Assembly: GCF_000022265.1 (NCBI RefSeq)
Contig: NC_011979.1
Coordinates: forward strand, 3,210,001 to 3,242,000
DNA: 32,000 nt
Source of the DNA: Geotalea daltonii FRC-32
GTDB lineage: Bacteria > Desulfobacterota > Desulfuromonadia > Geobacterales > Geobacteraceae
Direction: 5' to 3'
A program made the position numbers and the translations under genes. Below the pieces are notes generated by a model. That model was not told the origin of the DNA, ran no database searches, and saw only the letters and a list, made by a program, of their open reading frames with translations. Shown piece after piece: positions 16,196-22,792 of the stretch; position 1 is the first letter of the stretch; each line of letters begins with the position of its first letter.

Positions 16196-16367
16196 TCGCG
16201 TCCCACTGTGCTGAAGTTCGGACAGGGATCCTGCCACGACATTGTAGTGCCAGTCGTGAAACGCCGCAGCCGACGAAAAGAGCCAGGATTATGCGGTCGA
16301 GGAGCCCCTGCAGGCGCAACCGTAACCGATGACCGGAATTCCAGCGGCTGTTGCAACAAAAAATCAC

Positions 16368-16396
16368 TTGTAGGCTGTAACCTAACAGGCTACAAT
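16368..16396 (+). promoter_or_regulatory. Near-consensus sigma-70 promoter with embedded palindromic operator for higBA
   Basis: TTGTAG (16368..16373), a 17-nt spacer, then TACAAT (16391..16396). The arms TTGTAGGCTGT (16368..16378) and ACAGGCTACAA (16385..16395) form a 10/11 inverted repeat that spans the -35 and -10 elements. Confidence 0.6.
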
Positions 16397-16402
16397 CATC
16401 CC

Positions 16403-16681
16403 ATGATCAAGAGCTTTCGGCACAAAGGCATTCAACTCTTCTTTGAAACGGGCTCGAAGGCAGGAATACAGCCACATCATGCAGCTCGGTTACGGGTGCA
16501 ACTGACCCGTCTTGATGCCGCCACCTGCCCAAATGACATGAATGCCTCAGGCTGGAAGCTTCACCGGCTGACAGGAGAACTTGAAGATCATTGGGCGATA
16601 ACTGTCAACGGCAATTGGCGTCTCACTTTTTCATTTGAGGATCAAGATGCAGTCCTGGTTGATTACCAGGATTATCACTAG
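16403..16681 (+). CDS. higB: HigB-type toxin (RelE/ParE superfamily, plasmid maintenance system killer family)
   Basis: MIKSFRHKGIQLFFETGSKAGIQPHHAARLRVQLTRLDAA...WKLHRLTGELEDHWAITVNGNWRLTFSFEDQDAVLVDYQDYH matches the HigB pattern, including the terminal DYH. It lies directly upstream of a HigA-type gene. The longer ORF from 16208 was rejected. Confidence 0.85.
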   Translation: MIKSFRHKGIQLFFETGSKAGIQPHHAARLRVQLTRLDAATCPNDMNASGWKLHRLTGELEDHWAITVNGNWRLTFSFEDQDAVLVDYQDYH

Positions 16682-16692
16682 AGGAGAATATT

Positions 16693-16983
16693 ATGGCACG
16701 CATGCATGACCCCGCCCATCCAGGCGAAGTACTCCGCGAATTTCTTCCTGAAGACATGAGCATAGGCGAAATCGCAGCACGTTTAGGTGTATCGCGGCCA
16801 CATCTTTCCCGTCTATTGAACGGACATGCGGCCATGACCGCCGAAATGGCGATCAAGGTGGGGCTGCTAACCCGAACTACCCCGGAGTCATGGTTAGTGA
16901 ACCAAGCCAAATGGGATCTCTGGCGAGCTTCACAAAAACCGCTTCCCAAGGTCGAACCACTTGACCTGGAATCTGCGGCTTAA
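16693..16983 (+). CDS. higA: HigA-type antitoxin (XRE-family HTH)
   Basis: HDPAHPGEVLREFL...MSIGEIAARLGVSRPHLSRLLNGHAAMTAEMAIKVG...ESWLVNQAKWDLW matches the HigA antidote pattern. Confidence 0.85.
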   Translation: MARMHDPAHPGEVLREFLPEDMSIGEIAARLGVSRPHLSRLLNGHAAMTAEMAIKVGLLTRTTPESWLVNQAKWDLWRASQKPLPKVEPLDLESAA

Positions 16984-17049
16984 AGAAGTTGCAAACTCAT
17001 CTCGTGTGTTGAGTCTGTTTTTTCTTTAGTCTGATTTTGGAATGCATCG

Positions 17050-17091
17050 AAAAAAAAGCTCCCCCGGTTCGTTTGCCGGGGGAGCTTTTTT
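17050..17091. terminator. Bidirectional Rho-independent terminator at the convergence of plus- and minus-strand transcription
   Basis: The sequence is aaaaaaaAGCTCCCCCGGttcgtttgCCGGGGGAGCTtttttt. The 11-bp stem pairs 17057..17067 with 17076..17086. An A-run and a T-run flank it. Confidence 0.85.
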
Positions 17092-17113
17092 GTATCCCTT
17101 TCGGGTCATGGAG

Positions 17114-18871
17114 TTACAGGACGATGCGCAGTCCTGTCGGTGGTGCCGGAGGCGTATCTGCAGTCGAAGTTCCGGTTGTGACCTGGATATCGTCGAGCCA
17201 GAATTTCTGGGTCTGCTTGGCGCCGTTGTGGAAGTACGGGGCGATCATGAAGGTGCTCCACTTCAGGTTCGGATTGGCGCCGGTGCGGATCATGATGTTT
17301 TTGTTGTCCATATAGGGTACACCGTCAAGCCAGTACTGCATGATGCCATCTGCCACCCCCACCCCGTTGATGATGGAGTTCATCTTCAGCCTGACCTTGA
17401 CAGAATGCCATACACCGTTGGTAATGACCGGCATGGAGGCCTTCCATGTTTTTCCGTTTATCTTGGGGGTGCCCCAGCAGATGCCGTCAGGATAGGAGTC
17501 GGAACTGCCGTTACAGCCGAAGACGCCACGATTTTCACTGATTCCCTTCAGGGAAGTTCCTACCCGGTTCTGGTCGATGTTGAGAGCATCCTGGAAGGCA
17601 ATAGTCTGCTTGCCTTCGATGGATTCAAGATAGGTGGTCAGATGTGTCTTTGCCGGTCCGATCCATGAGCTGTCCAGGTTGGACAGGAGGTAGAGCTCGT
17701 GTGGTCCATAGCCCAAGCCTGTCCATTGCCAGTTCGATGCGTATTTGACGTAATAGGTGATGGTGATGTCATCGGCATCGGTAAATTCCTTACGCAGCGC
17801 ACCGGTTGTTGGAGTGCTGGCGCCGCTGTTGTACGAGTATTCCAGAACATTTCCCCTGGTGGCGTCGTTCACCACCTTTGAGTTGGTTGCCCCTGCGTCG
17901 AACCACCCCCTTGAAGACAGCAGGGCATCGTTGAACTTTTCCTGAAGCAAGGTTACTCCTGCAGTCTCAACCGGTGCCGCAGGTGCTGGTGCTGGTTCTA
18001 CAGGTGCCGGGGCTGGTGCTGGCTCTACTGGCGCCGCAGGTGTAGACGATGTTCCGGATGTTCCAATAAATTTGTCCACTTCTTCCTTGGTGGTGGCGAT
18101 AATGTAATCGTCCCAGTACATGTACTTGGTGGGACCGTTATAGGTTGCGGAAAGATTGCCCTGGATGAAGAAGAAGTACCAGCTGCCGTTATAGCCATAG
18201 TTGAAATAGGTTCCGTTGTTGATGGTTCCGTAGTCATTCCATTTTACATTGGTTCTTTCCCAGACAACGACATCGTCAACCCACAGCCTGATCACACCGT
18301 CAGCAACAGCCGAGCTTGACTGGGCGGTGAATTCCCACAGATATTTGTGCCAGTTGTTGTCAGGCCTGTAGATGCCGTTAAAAACATTGGAAGTGCCTAT
18401 GAAAACTGAGTATGCACCCCCTACCAGCTCAGGGATAACGTCATTCTTCTCCATGTTGAAACGGAGCATTTTCAGGGTGCTCCCCTTCGATCCCCAATTG
18501 GAGTTGTCCGACAGCTTGGAATAATAGCCGATATACTGGGACCTGCCTTGCCATGGGGTCTGTGGATACCCCCCCATTTCACAGCCAATGGTTGTAGTGC
18601 CGCTGCCCGGAGCTACCTGGAACCGCAATCCTCGGCCGGCGTCGCCGTACGCGGATTCCTGGTTAATGACGACCGGATAGTTCGCGCCAAGGGAAGCCCA
18701 CTTGTTGCCGCTTGCGTCGGTGGAGGTTATCCCCTTTGTTGCCTCATCGGTGATACCTGACCAGTCTTTGTCCATGTTGAAATGGTCGGCGACAATAATC
18801 ATGGCGTTAGCCGAACTGACAGCGAACAGACATAATACAGATAGAAACAGCGTTGTAACCTTTTTTTTCAT
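17114..18871 (-). CDS. Secreted two-domain protein: signal peptide, domain A (shared with 18958..20106), Pro/Ala linker, domain B; both domains look concanavalin-A-like (lectin/glucanase or polysaccharide-lyase-like)
   Basis: The signal peptide is MKKKVTTLFLSVLCLFAVSSANA. Domain A contains WHKYLWEFTAQSSS..DGVIRLWVDDVVVWE. The linker is PAAPVEPAPAPAPVEPAPAPAAPVE. Domain B contains WHSVKVRLKMNS...DGIMQYWLDGVPYMD...FWLDDIQV. The W-H...DG.h..W.DG pattern recurs in ConA-fold lyases and glucanases. The fold and function call is tentative. Confidence 0.55.
   Translation of the reverse strand: MKKKVTTLFLSVLCLFAVSSANAMIIVADHFNMDKDWSGITDEATKGITSTDASGNKWASLGANYPVVINQESAYGDAGRGLRFQVAPGSGTTTIGCEMGGYPQTPWQGRSQYIGYYSKLSDNSNWGSKGSTLKMLRFNMEKNDVIPELVGGAYSVFIGTSNVFNGIYRPDNNWHKYLWEFTAQSSSAVADGVIRLWVDDVVVWERTNVKWNDYGTINNGTYFNYGYNGSWYFFFIQGNLSATYNGPTKYMYWDDYIIATTKEEVDKFIGTSGTSSTPAAPVEPAPAPAPVEPAPAPAAPVETAGVTLLQEKFNDALLSSRGWFDAGATNSKVVNDATRGNVLEYSYNSGASTPTTGALRKEFTDADDITITYYVKYASNWQWTGLGYGPHELYLLSNLDSSWIGPAKTHLTTYLESIEGKQTIAFQDALNIDQNRVGTSLKGISENRGVFGCNGSSDSYPDGICWGTPKINGKTWKASMPVITNGVWHSVKVRLKMNSIINGVGVADGIMQYWLDGVPYMDNKNIMIRTGANPNLKWSTFMIAPYFHNGAKQTQKFWLDDIQVTTGTSTADTPPAPPTGLRIVL
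17985..18038. repeat. 2 x 27-nt imperfect tandem repeat encoding the Pro/Ala/Val/Glu linker
   Basis: Unit 17985..18011 is gctggtgctggttctacaggtgccggg. Unit 18012..18038 is gctggtgctggctctactggcgccgca. They share 22/27 identical positions and each encodes a 9-aa unit. Confidence 0.7.
18271..18480. repeat. High-identity tract shared with 19506..19715 (paralog copy 1)
   Basis: A hand alignment of the two tracts gives 11 mismatches in 210 nt. The flanking paralogous sequence is visibly more diverged. Confidence 0.8.
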
Positions 18872-18904
18872 GCAGTAACTCCTTGTTGTACGAGTATAAC
18901 AAAC

Positions 18905-18928
18905 TGTCTCACCTTGTCTTTGTGAGAC
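18905..18928 (-). terminator. Hairpin GTCTCAC-N10-GTGAGAC between the two secreted-protein genes (weak terminator or processing site)
   Basis: The 7-bp stem pairs 18905..18911 with 18922..18928. On the minus strand it is followed by agtttgtt, so there is no strong U-tract. Confidence 0.3.
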
Positions 18929-18957
18929 TACGGGTTAGTCCCTTTGGCAACCACTTC

Positions 18958-20106
18958 TTATGACACTGGCGCATATTCAGTGGTAGCTGTTGCCGGTATG
19001 GATTGTTGAGATTCATTGCCTGTGGCATCTATTGCCGAAACAGTGTAGCTGTAGTCAGTCGATGGGTTCAGTCCTGTGTCCGACATGGAGGTTCTGGTAA
19101 CTGTTGTGACATAGGTACCATTACGATAGACCTTGTAGCCGGTAACCGCCACGTTATCCACTGCTGCTCCCCAGGAGATATCCACCTGCTTGGGCGATGA
19201 AGCTGTTGCAGCGAGTCCTGTGGGATCATCGGGAGCAAGATTATCCTCGACTGTTGCGCCACCGGTCATTGCCTTGGCTGCGGCAGTTGCCGGAGTGCCG
19301 ATAAAACTTTCCACCTCAGCCTTGGTCGTGGCGATGATGTAGTTGTCCCAGTACATGAACTTTTCCGGGCCGTTATAGGTCGCCGAGAGGTTTCCTTGCA
19401 GGAAGAAGAAGTACCAGTTCGTCGTATAGCCATAGTCAAAATGGGTACCATGGGCGATAGTTCCATAGCTGTTCCACTTGACGTCGGTTTTTTCCCAGAC
19501 CACTGCATCGTCAACCCACAGTCTGATCACACCGTCAGCAGCAGCCGAGCTTGACTGGGCGGTGAATTCCCACAGATACTTGTGCCAGTTGTTGTCAGGC
19601 CTGTAGATGCCGTTAAAAACATTGGAAGTACCTATGAAAACCGAGTATGCACCCCCTACCAGCTCAGGAATGACGTCATTCTTTTCCATGTTGAAGCGCA
19701 GCATCTTCAGGGTGCTGCCTTTCGTTCCCCAATTTGTATTGTCGGAGACTTTCGAATAGTATCCGATGAACTGGGACGGTCCTTGCCATGGAGCTTTTGG
19801 GTAGCCGCTCATTTCACAACCGATTGTTTCTTTGCCGCTGCCGGGGGCAAGCTGAAAACGAAGTCCTCGACCTGCATCCCCGTATCTTGATGCCTCGTTG
19901 ATAACAGCAGGGTAATTAGCGCCAATTCCTCCCCATGCGTTACCATTTTGATCGGTAGATGTGATGCCTTTCAAATCTGACTCTGTTTTTCCGGACCAGT
20001 CATGGTCCATATCGAAACGGTCCGCCACGATAATGGCTGCATTGGCTGAACCGACTGCTATCATGCTGACAACTGATAAAACGACTAGATTAAAGATTTT
20101 CCTCAT
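18958..20106 (-). CDS. Secreted protein: signal peptide, domain A (paralog of 17114..18871 N-terminal domain), linker, C-terminal fibronectin type III domain
   Basis: The ATG at 20106 follows GGAGGAAATAC. The signal peptide is MRKIFNLVVLSVVSMIAVGSANA. Domain A is collinear with the neighbour and partly identical to it. The Fn3 pattern is PTGLAATASSPKQVDISW...VTGYKVYRNG...DYSYTVSAIDATGNES. The N-terminal extension to 20202 was rejected. Confidence 0.7.
   Translation of the reverse strand: MRKIFNLVVLSVVSMIAVGSANAAIIVADRFDMDHDWSGKTESDLKGITSTDQNGNAWGGIGANYPAVINEASRYGDAGRGLRFQLAPGSGKETIGCEMSGYPKAPWQGPSQFIGYYSKVSDNTNWGTKGSTLKMLRFNMEKNDVIPELVGGAYSVFIGTSNVFNGIYRPDNNWHKYLWEFTAQSSSAAADGVIRLWVDDAVVWEKTDVKWNSYGTIAHGTHFDYGYTTNWYFFFLQGNLSATYNGPEKFMYWDNYIIATTKAEVESFIGTPATAAAKAMTGGATVEDNLAPDDPTGLAATASSPKQVDISWGAAVDNVAVTGYKVYRNGTYVTTVTRTSMSDTGLNPSTDYSYTVSAIDATGNESQQSIPATATTEYAPVS
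19506..19715. repeat. High-identity tract shared with 18271..18480 (paralog copy 2)
   Basis: See the entry for 18271..18480. Confidence 0.8.
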
Positions 20107-20316
20107 GTATTTCCTCCATACCCGCGCCCTTTGACGGGGAGCAAAAATAGGTTTGAAACGTGTAGTTGTGCTACGCTGTGGATAACCATTAACTATGCAC
20201 AATCAAAACTTGAAAATCCTCCGTACGTTTTTGGTTGCAGGGTCCGTTGTCGCCGTCTGCGTCACGATCCGTTTTTCCATGCTCCTAGTTATGGCTGAAA
20301 TAGCTTCTAATTGGTG

Positions 20317-20333
20317 TGACCAGAATCACCGGA
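20317..20333. promoter_or_regulatory. CRP/FNR-type box gTGTGAccagaaTCACc upstream of the secreted domain-A/Fn3 gene
   Basis: It is 16/17 identical to 2624..2640. It lies 211 to 227 nt upstream of the ATG at 20106 on the minus strand. Confidence 0.5.
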
Positions 20334-20447
20334 GGGGAAATAGATGGACAGACGCCGTGAAGGCTTGATGATGAGGTTATAAGACAGGAGGACAGAAGTG
20401 AGGAAAACAGGGGGTGGGGAAGCAGTACGGTGCGGGAAAAGGTCTGA

Positions 20448-21557
20448 TCAACGAAAGATCTCTCGTTCCATGATCTCTACTACCCGGGGCCAGGTGAATC
20501 GCTCCAATACCCGTTCCCTGGCCCGGTTCCCCATGGATGTTCTCAAATGGGAATTTTGATAAAAAGTGACAATCAACTCCGCCATCCGGATGTGATCGCC
20601 TGGCTCGACAATGAAGCCTGTTTCGCCGTCGGTTATGATCTCCGGCATGGCGTTCATGTTTGAGCCCACACAGACCAGGCCCTGGGTCATCGCTTCCAGG
20701 AAAACAAAACCGAAGGAATCACAACGGGAAGGAAGAAGGAAAAGGTCGGCACTTCGATAGTAGTCCAGCAACTCCTGACGGTCCCTGACGGCGCCCACAT
20801 GGCGCACCCCTTCCTGATCCATATCCTCGGTGTAATTTGGCCCGATGATGGTCAGTTCAAGGTCAGGCACATATTTCCTTGCCAGGGTGAATGCCATGAG
20901 TACATCGGGCCCACCCTTCAGATGGAAAGTATAACCGACAAAAAGGCATTTTTTTGCAGGTTTTTCCGGTAACAGTATTCTCATGTTGCGCACGAAAAAA
21001 TCATCCACTCCCATACCGGCGACGGTGATACGATCTGCCGGAATACCGTATTCGGCTATCAGGTGGCGGCGCACGAATTTGGAAGCCACGAATATATGTT
21101 TTGCCTCAGAGTAAAGACGCGTCTCGAGCTCGACAACCGCTTCACGCTCCCATGGTTCGGGGATCCAGGGTGAGTAGCCGTCCCTGTAGGCCAGTTTCAT
21201 GGTGTAGGTGAAGAACAAATAGTATTCCAGCCCGGTTGACGCCGGATGCGGGGCATAAAGTCCGCCTATCTGCAGTATCTTGTCCTCCGGCTTCAGAACA
21301 CGGTCGAGAAGGGCCCCGTTTATTCTCGTGTTTCGATGCCAGGCAGCGACGGAATAGGTTCCGAGCATGGAGCGGCGATGGAACCATTTTTTTTTGTTCG
21401 GATGGAACGACTGCAGCAGCACGCTGATCTTCGGCAAAAGACAGGATTGGGCATCGATGAAGTTGACTTCATGGCCATTACCGGTCAAGCCGTTACGCAG
21501 ATAGACCGGCAGTCCCGAGGAAGACTTTTCTTGCGTCACCATATGAATAGCTGCCAT
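20448..21557 (-). CDS. Glycosyltransferase family 4
   Basis: PSRCDSFGFVFLEAMTQGLVCVGSNMNAMPEIITDGETGFIVEPGD is the E-x7-E region. The ATG at 21557 follows AAGGAGCGG. An alternative coupled start at 21599 (TAATG overlap with the upstream stop) is possible. Confidence 0.8.
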   Translation of the reverse strand: MAAIHMVTQEKSSSGLPVYLRNGLTGNGHEVNFIDAQSCLLPKISVLLQSFHPNKKKWFHRRSMLGTYSVAAWHRNTRINGALLDRVLKPEDKILQIGGLYAPHPASTGLEYYLFFTYTMKLAYRDGYSPWIPEPWEREAVVELETRLYSEAKHIFVASKFVRRHLIAEYGIPADRITVAGMGVDDFFVRNMRILLPEKPAKKCLFVGYTFHLKGGPDVLMAFTLARKYVPDLELTIIGPNYTEDMDQEGVRHVGAVRDRQELLDYYRSADLFLLPSRCDSFGFVFLEAMTQGLVCVGSNMNAMPEIITDGETGFIVEPGDHIRMAELIVTFYQNSHLRTSMGNRARERVLERFTWPRVVEIMEREIFR

Positions 21558-21598
21558 TGACCGCTCCTTCGTCTGAAATTTCTGTTGATCCGTCATCA

Positions 21599-22759
21599 TT
21601 AGCCATGCAGCCTGCTCTGGGCACCAGACTCGTACAAGCTTTCAATCTTTGCGATCCATGTTCCCACATCATATTTCGCAGCTATGTCTTTTTTTGCCCT
21701 GGAGACCATACTGTTTCTTACGGTATCGTCGGTTAAGATATTTGAGATGGCAGCAGCCATAGCCGGTGCATCGTCCGGAGGAAGCAGGATTCCGTTAATG
21801 CCGTCACTAATCACTTCCGGAACGCCACCGACCCTGGTGGCTATGACAGGAACGCCAAGACACATTGCTTCCAAAACCGTCAGAGGAATGCCTTCGTCAA
21901 GAGATGACAGGACGTACAGGTCAAGGGAGCTGAAGACCTCCGTCGGATCACTTATAAACCCTGCAAAGCGGAAATGGGCACTATGCCCCGACTTTGCCAC
22001 CGACTCTTCCAGGACAGCCTTCTGGGAGCCATCACCAATGATTATGAAATAAAGATCGCTCCGTGTCTCAAGGGCGGACAAAGCAGCATCGATAAACTGT
22101 GCCCCTCCCTTAACCTTTTCCAGGCGACCGATAAAACCTACCAGCTTTGCCTGAGGCGGAATGCCCAGTTTACTCCTGGCCGATGTCGTGACAGGGGAGC
22201 GACAGGAAGAGACGGCAGGGATATTTTTGATTACTGTGATTTTGTCGGCACCTATTCCGCATTTTTCCAAACCTGATTTCACTGCATCCGAAACTGCGAT
22301 GATCTTGTCGAACCGCCTCAGGCATTGAAGATTGACCCAGTAGAGGAATCGGGTGATCAGACGTTCCGCATGCAGCCCCCCATGTACCGTAGATACCGCT
22401 TTGATATTGAAAAGTTTGGCGAATAAAAAGGCCAGAATATTGGTTTTGTAACCATGGGTATGGATGACATCCGGTTTGTGCTTTTTGATAATGGCGTAGA
22501 TGTCGTGCAGCTGGTTGAAATCGAAGGCAGAGCGAATGACGACCGGCTCCAGCGGAATTTTCAATTTTTTCGCTTCCTGCCACAGGAGGTCATTTTCATG
22601 ATCGGGACGGACGAATATCCCCAGCACCACATCAAACCTGTTCAGGTCCACGGCTTGGGCAAAGGCAATAAGCAACCTCTCAGCCCCCCCGATCTTGTGC
22701 GATGCAATCAGGTGTAGCACTTTGGTTTTTATTGTACTGGCTTCCAGAGACAATCCCAT
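21599..22759 (-). CDS. Glycosyltransferase family 4
   Basis: The N-terminus is KVLHLIASHKIGGAERLL. The C-terminal motif is SSLDEGIPLTVLEAMCLGVPVIATRVGGVPEVISDGINGILLPPDD. Confidence 0.85.
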   Translation of the reverse strand: MGLSLEASTIKTKVLHLIASHKIGGAERLLIAFAQAVDLNRFDVVLGIFVRPDHENDLLWQEAKKLKIPLEPVVIRSAFDFNQLHDIYAIIKKHKPDVIHTHGYKTNILAFLFAKLFNIKAVSTVHGGLHAERLITRFLYWVNLQCLRRFDKIIAVSDAVKSGLEKCGIGADKITVIKNIPAVSSCRSPVTTSARSKLGIPPQAKLVGFIGRLEKVKGGAQFIDAALSALETRSDLYFIIIGDGSQKAVLEESVAKSGHSAHFRFAGFISDPTEVFSSLDLYVLSSLDEGIPLTVLEAMCLGVPVIATRVGGVPEVISDGINGILLPPDDAPAMAAAISNILTDDTVRNSMVSRAKKDIAAKYDVGTWIAKIESLYESGAQSRLHG

Positions 22760-22792
22760 TTATACCACCAGGGAAAACTGAAATTTTTAAGA

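Noticed and set aside
16208-16402. An in-frame 65-codon extension upstream of higB, and a 129-aa minus-strand ORF at 15978..16367
   Set aside because: HigB toxins are about 90 aa and the homology starts at MIKSF. The extension would run through the promoter and operator palindrome. The minus-strand ORF is Arg-rich, has no motifs and overlaps the GT4 3' end.
17042-17668. A 208-aa plus-strand ORF overlapping the terminator and the 3' part of the 585-aa secreted-protein gene
   Set aside because: It would have to be translated through a strong terminator hairpin. It is antisense to a gene supported by a signal peptide and a paralog, and it has no motifs.
17114-20106. PEP-CTERM or other exosortase sorting signals at the C-termini of the secreted proteins (also checked for 1919..2497)
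   Set aside because: The C-termini read ...PPAPPTGLRIVL, ...ATTEYAPVS and ...RAVGLVSW. None has a PEP-like motif followed by a hydrophobic helix and a basic tail.
20107-20202. A 32-codon N-terminal extension of the secreted domain-A/Fn3 ORF
   Set aside because: The internal ATG at 20106 has a strong GGAGGA RBS and starts a canonical signal peptide that matches the paralog. The extension would bury the signal peptide.
18872-20447. Sigma-54 (-24/-12) promoters upstream of the two secreted paralog genes
   Set aside because: I scanned the minus strand for GG-N10-GC with TGG and TGC context. The nearest candidates have wrong spacing (9 nt) or lack the TGC. No supportable site was found.
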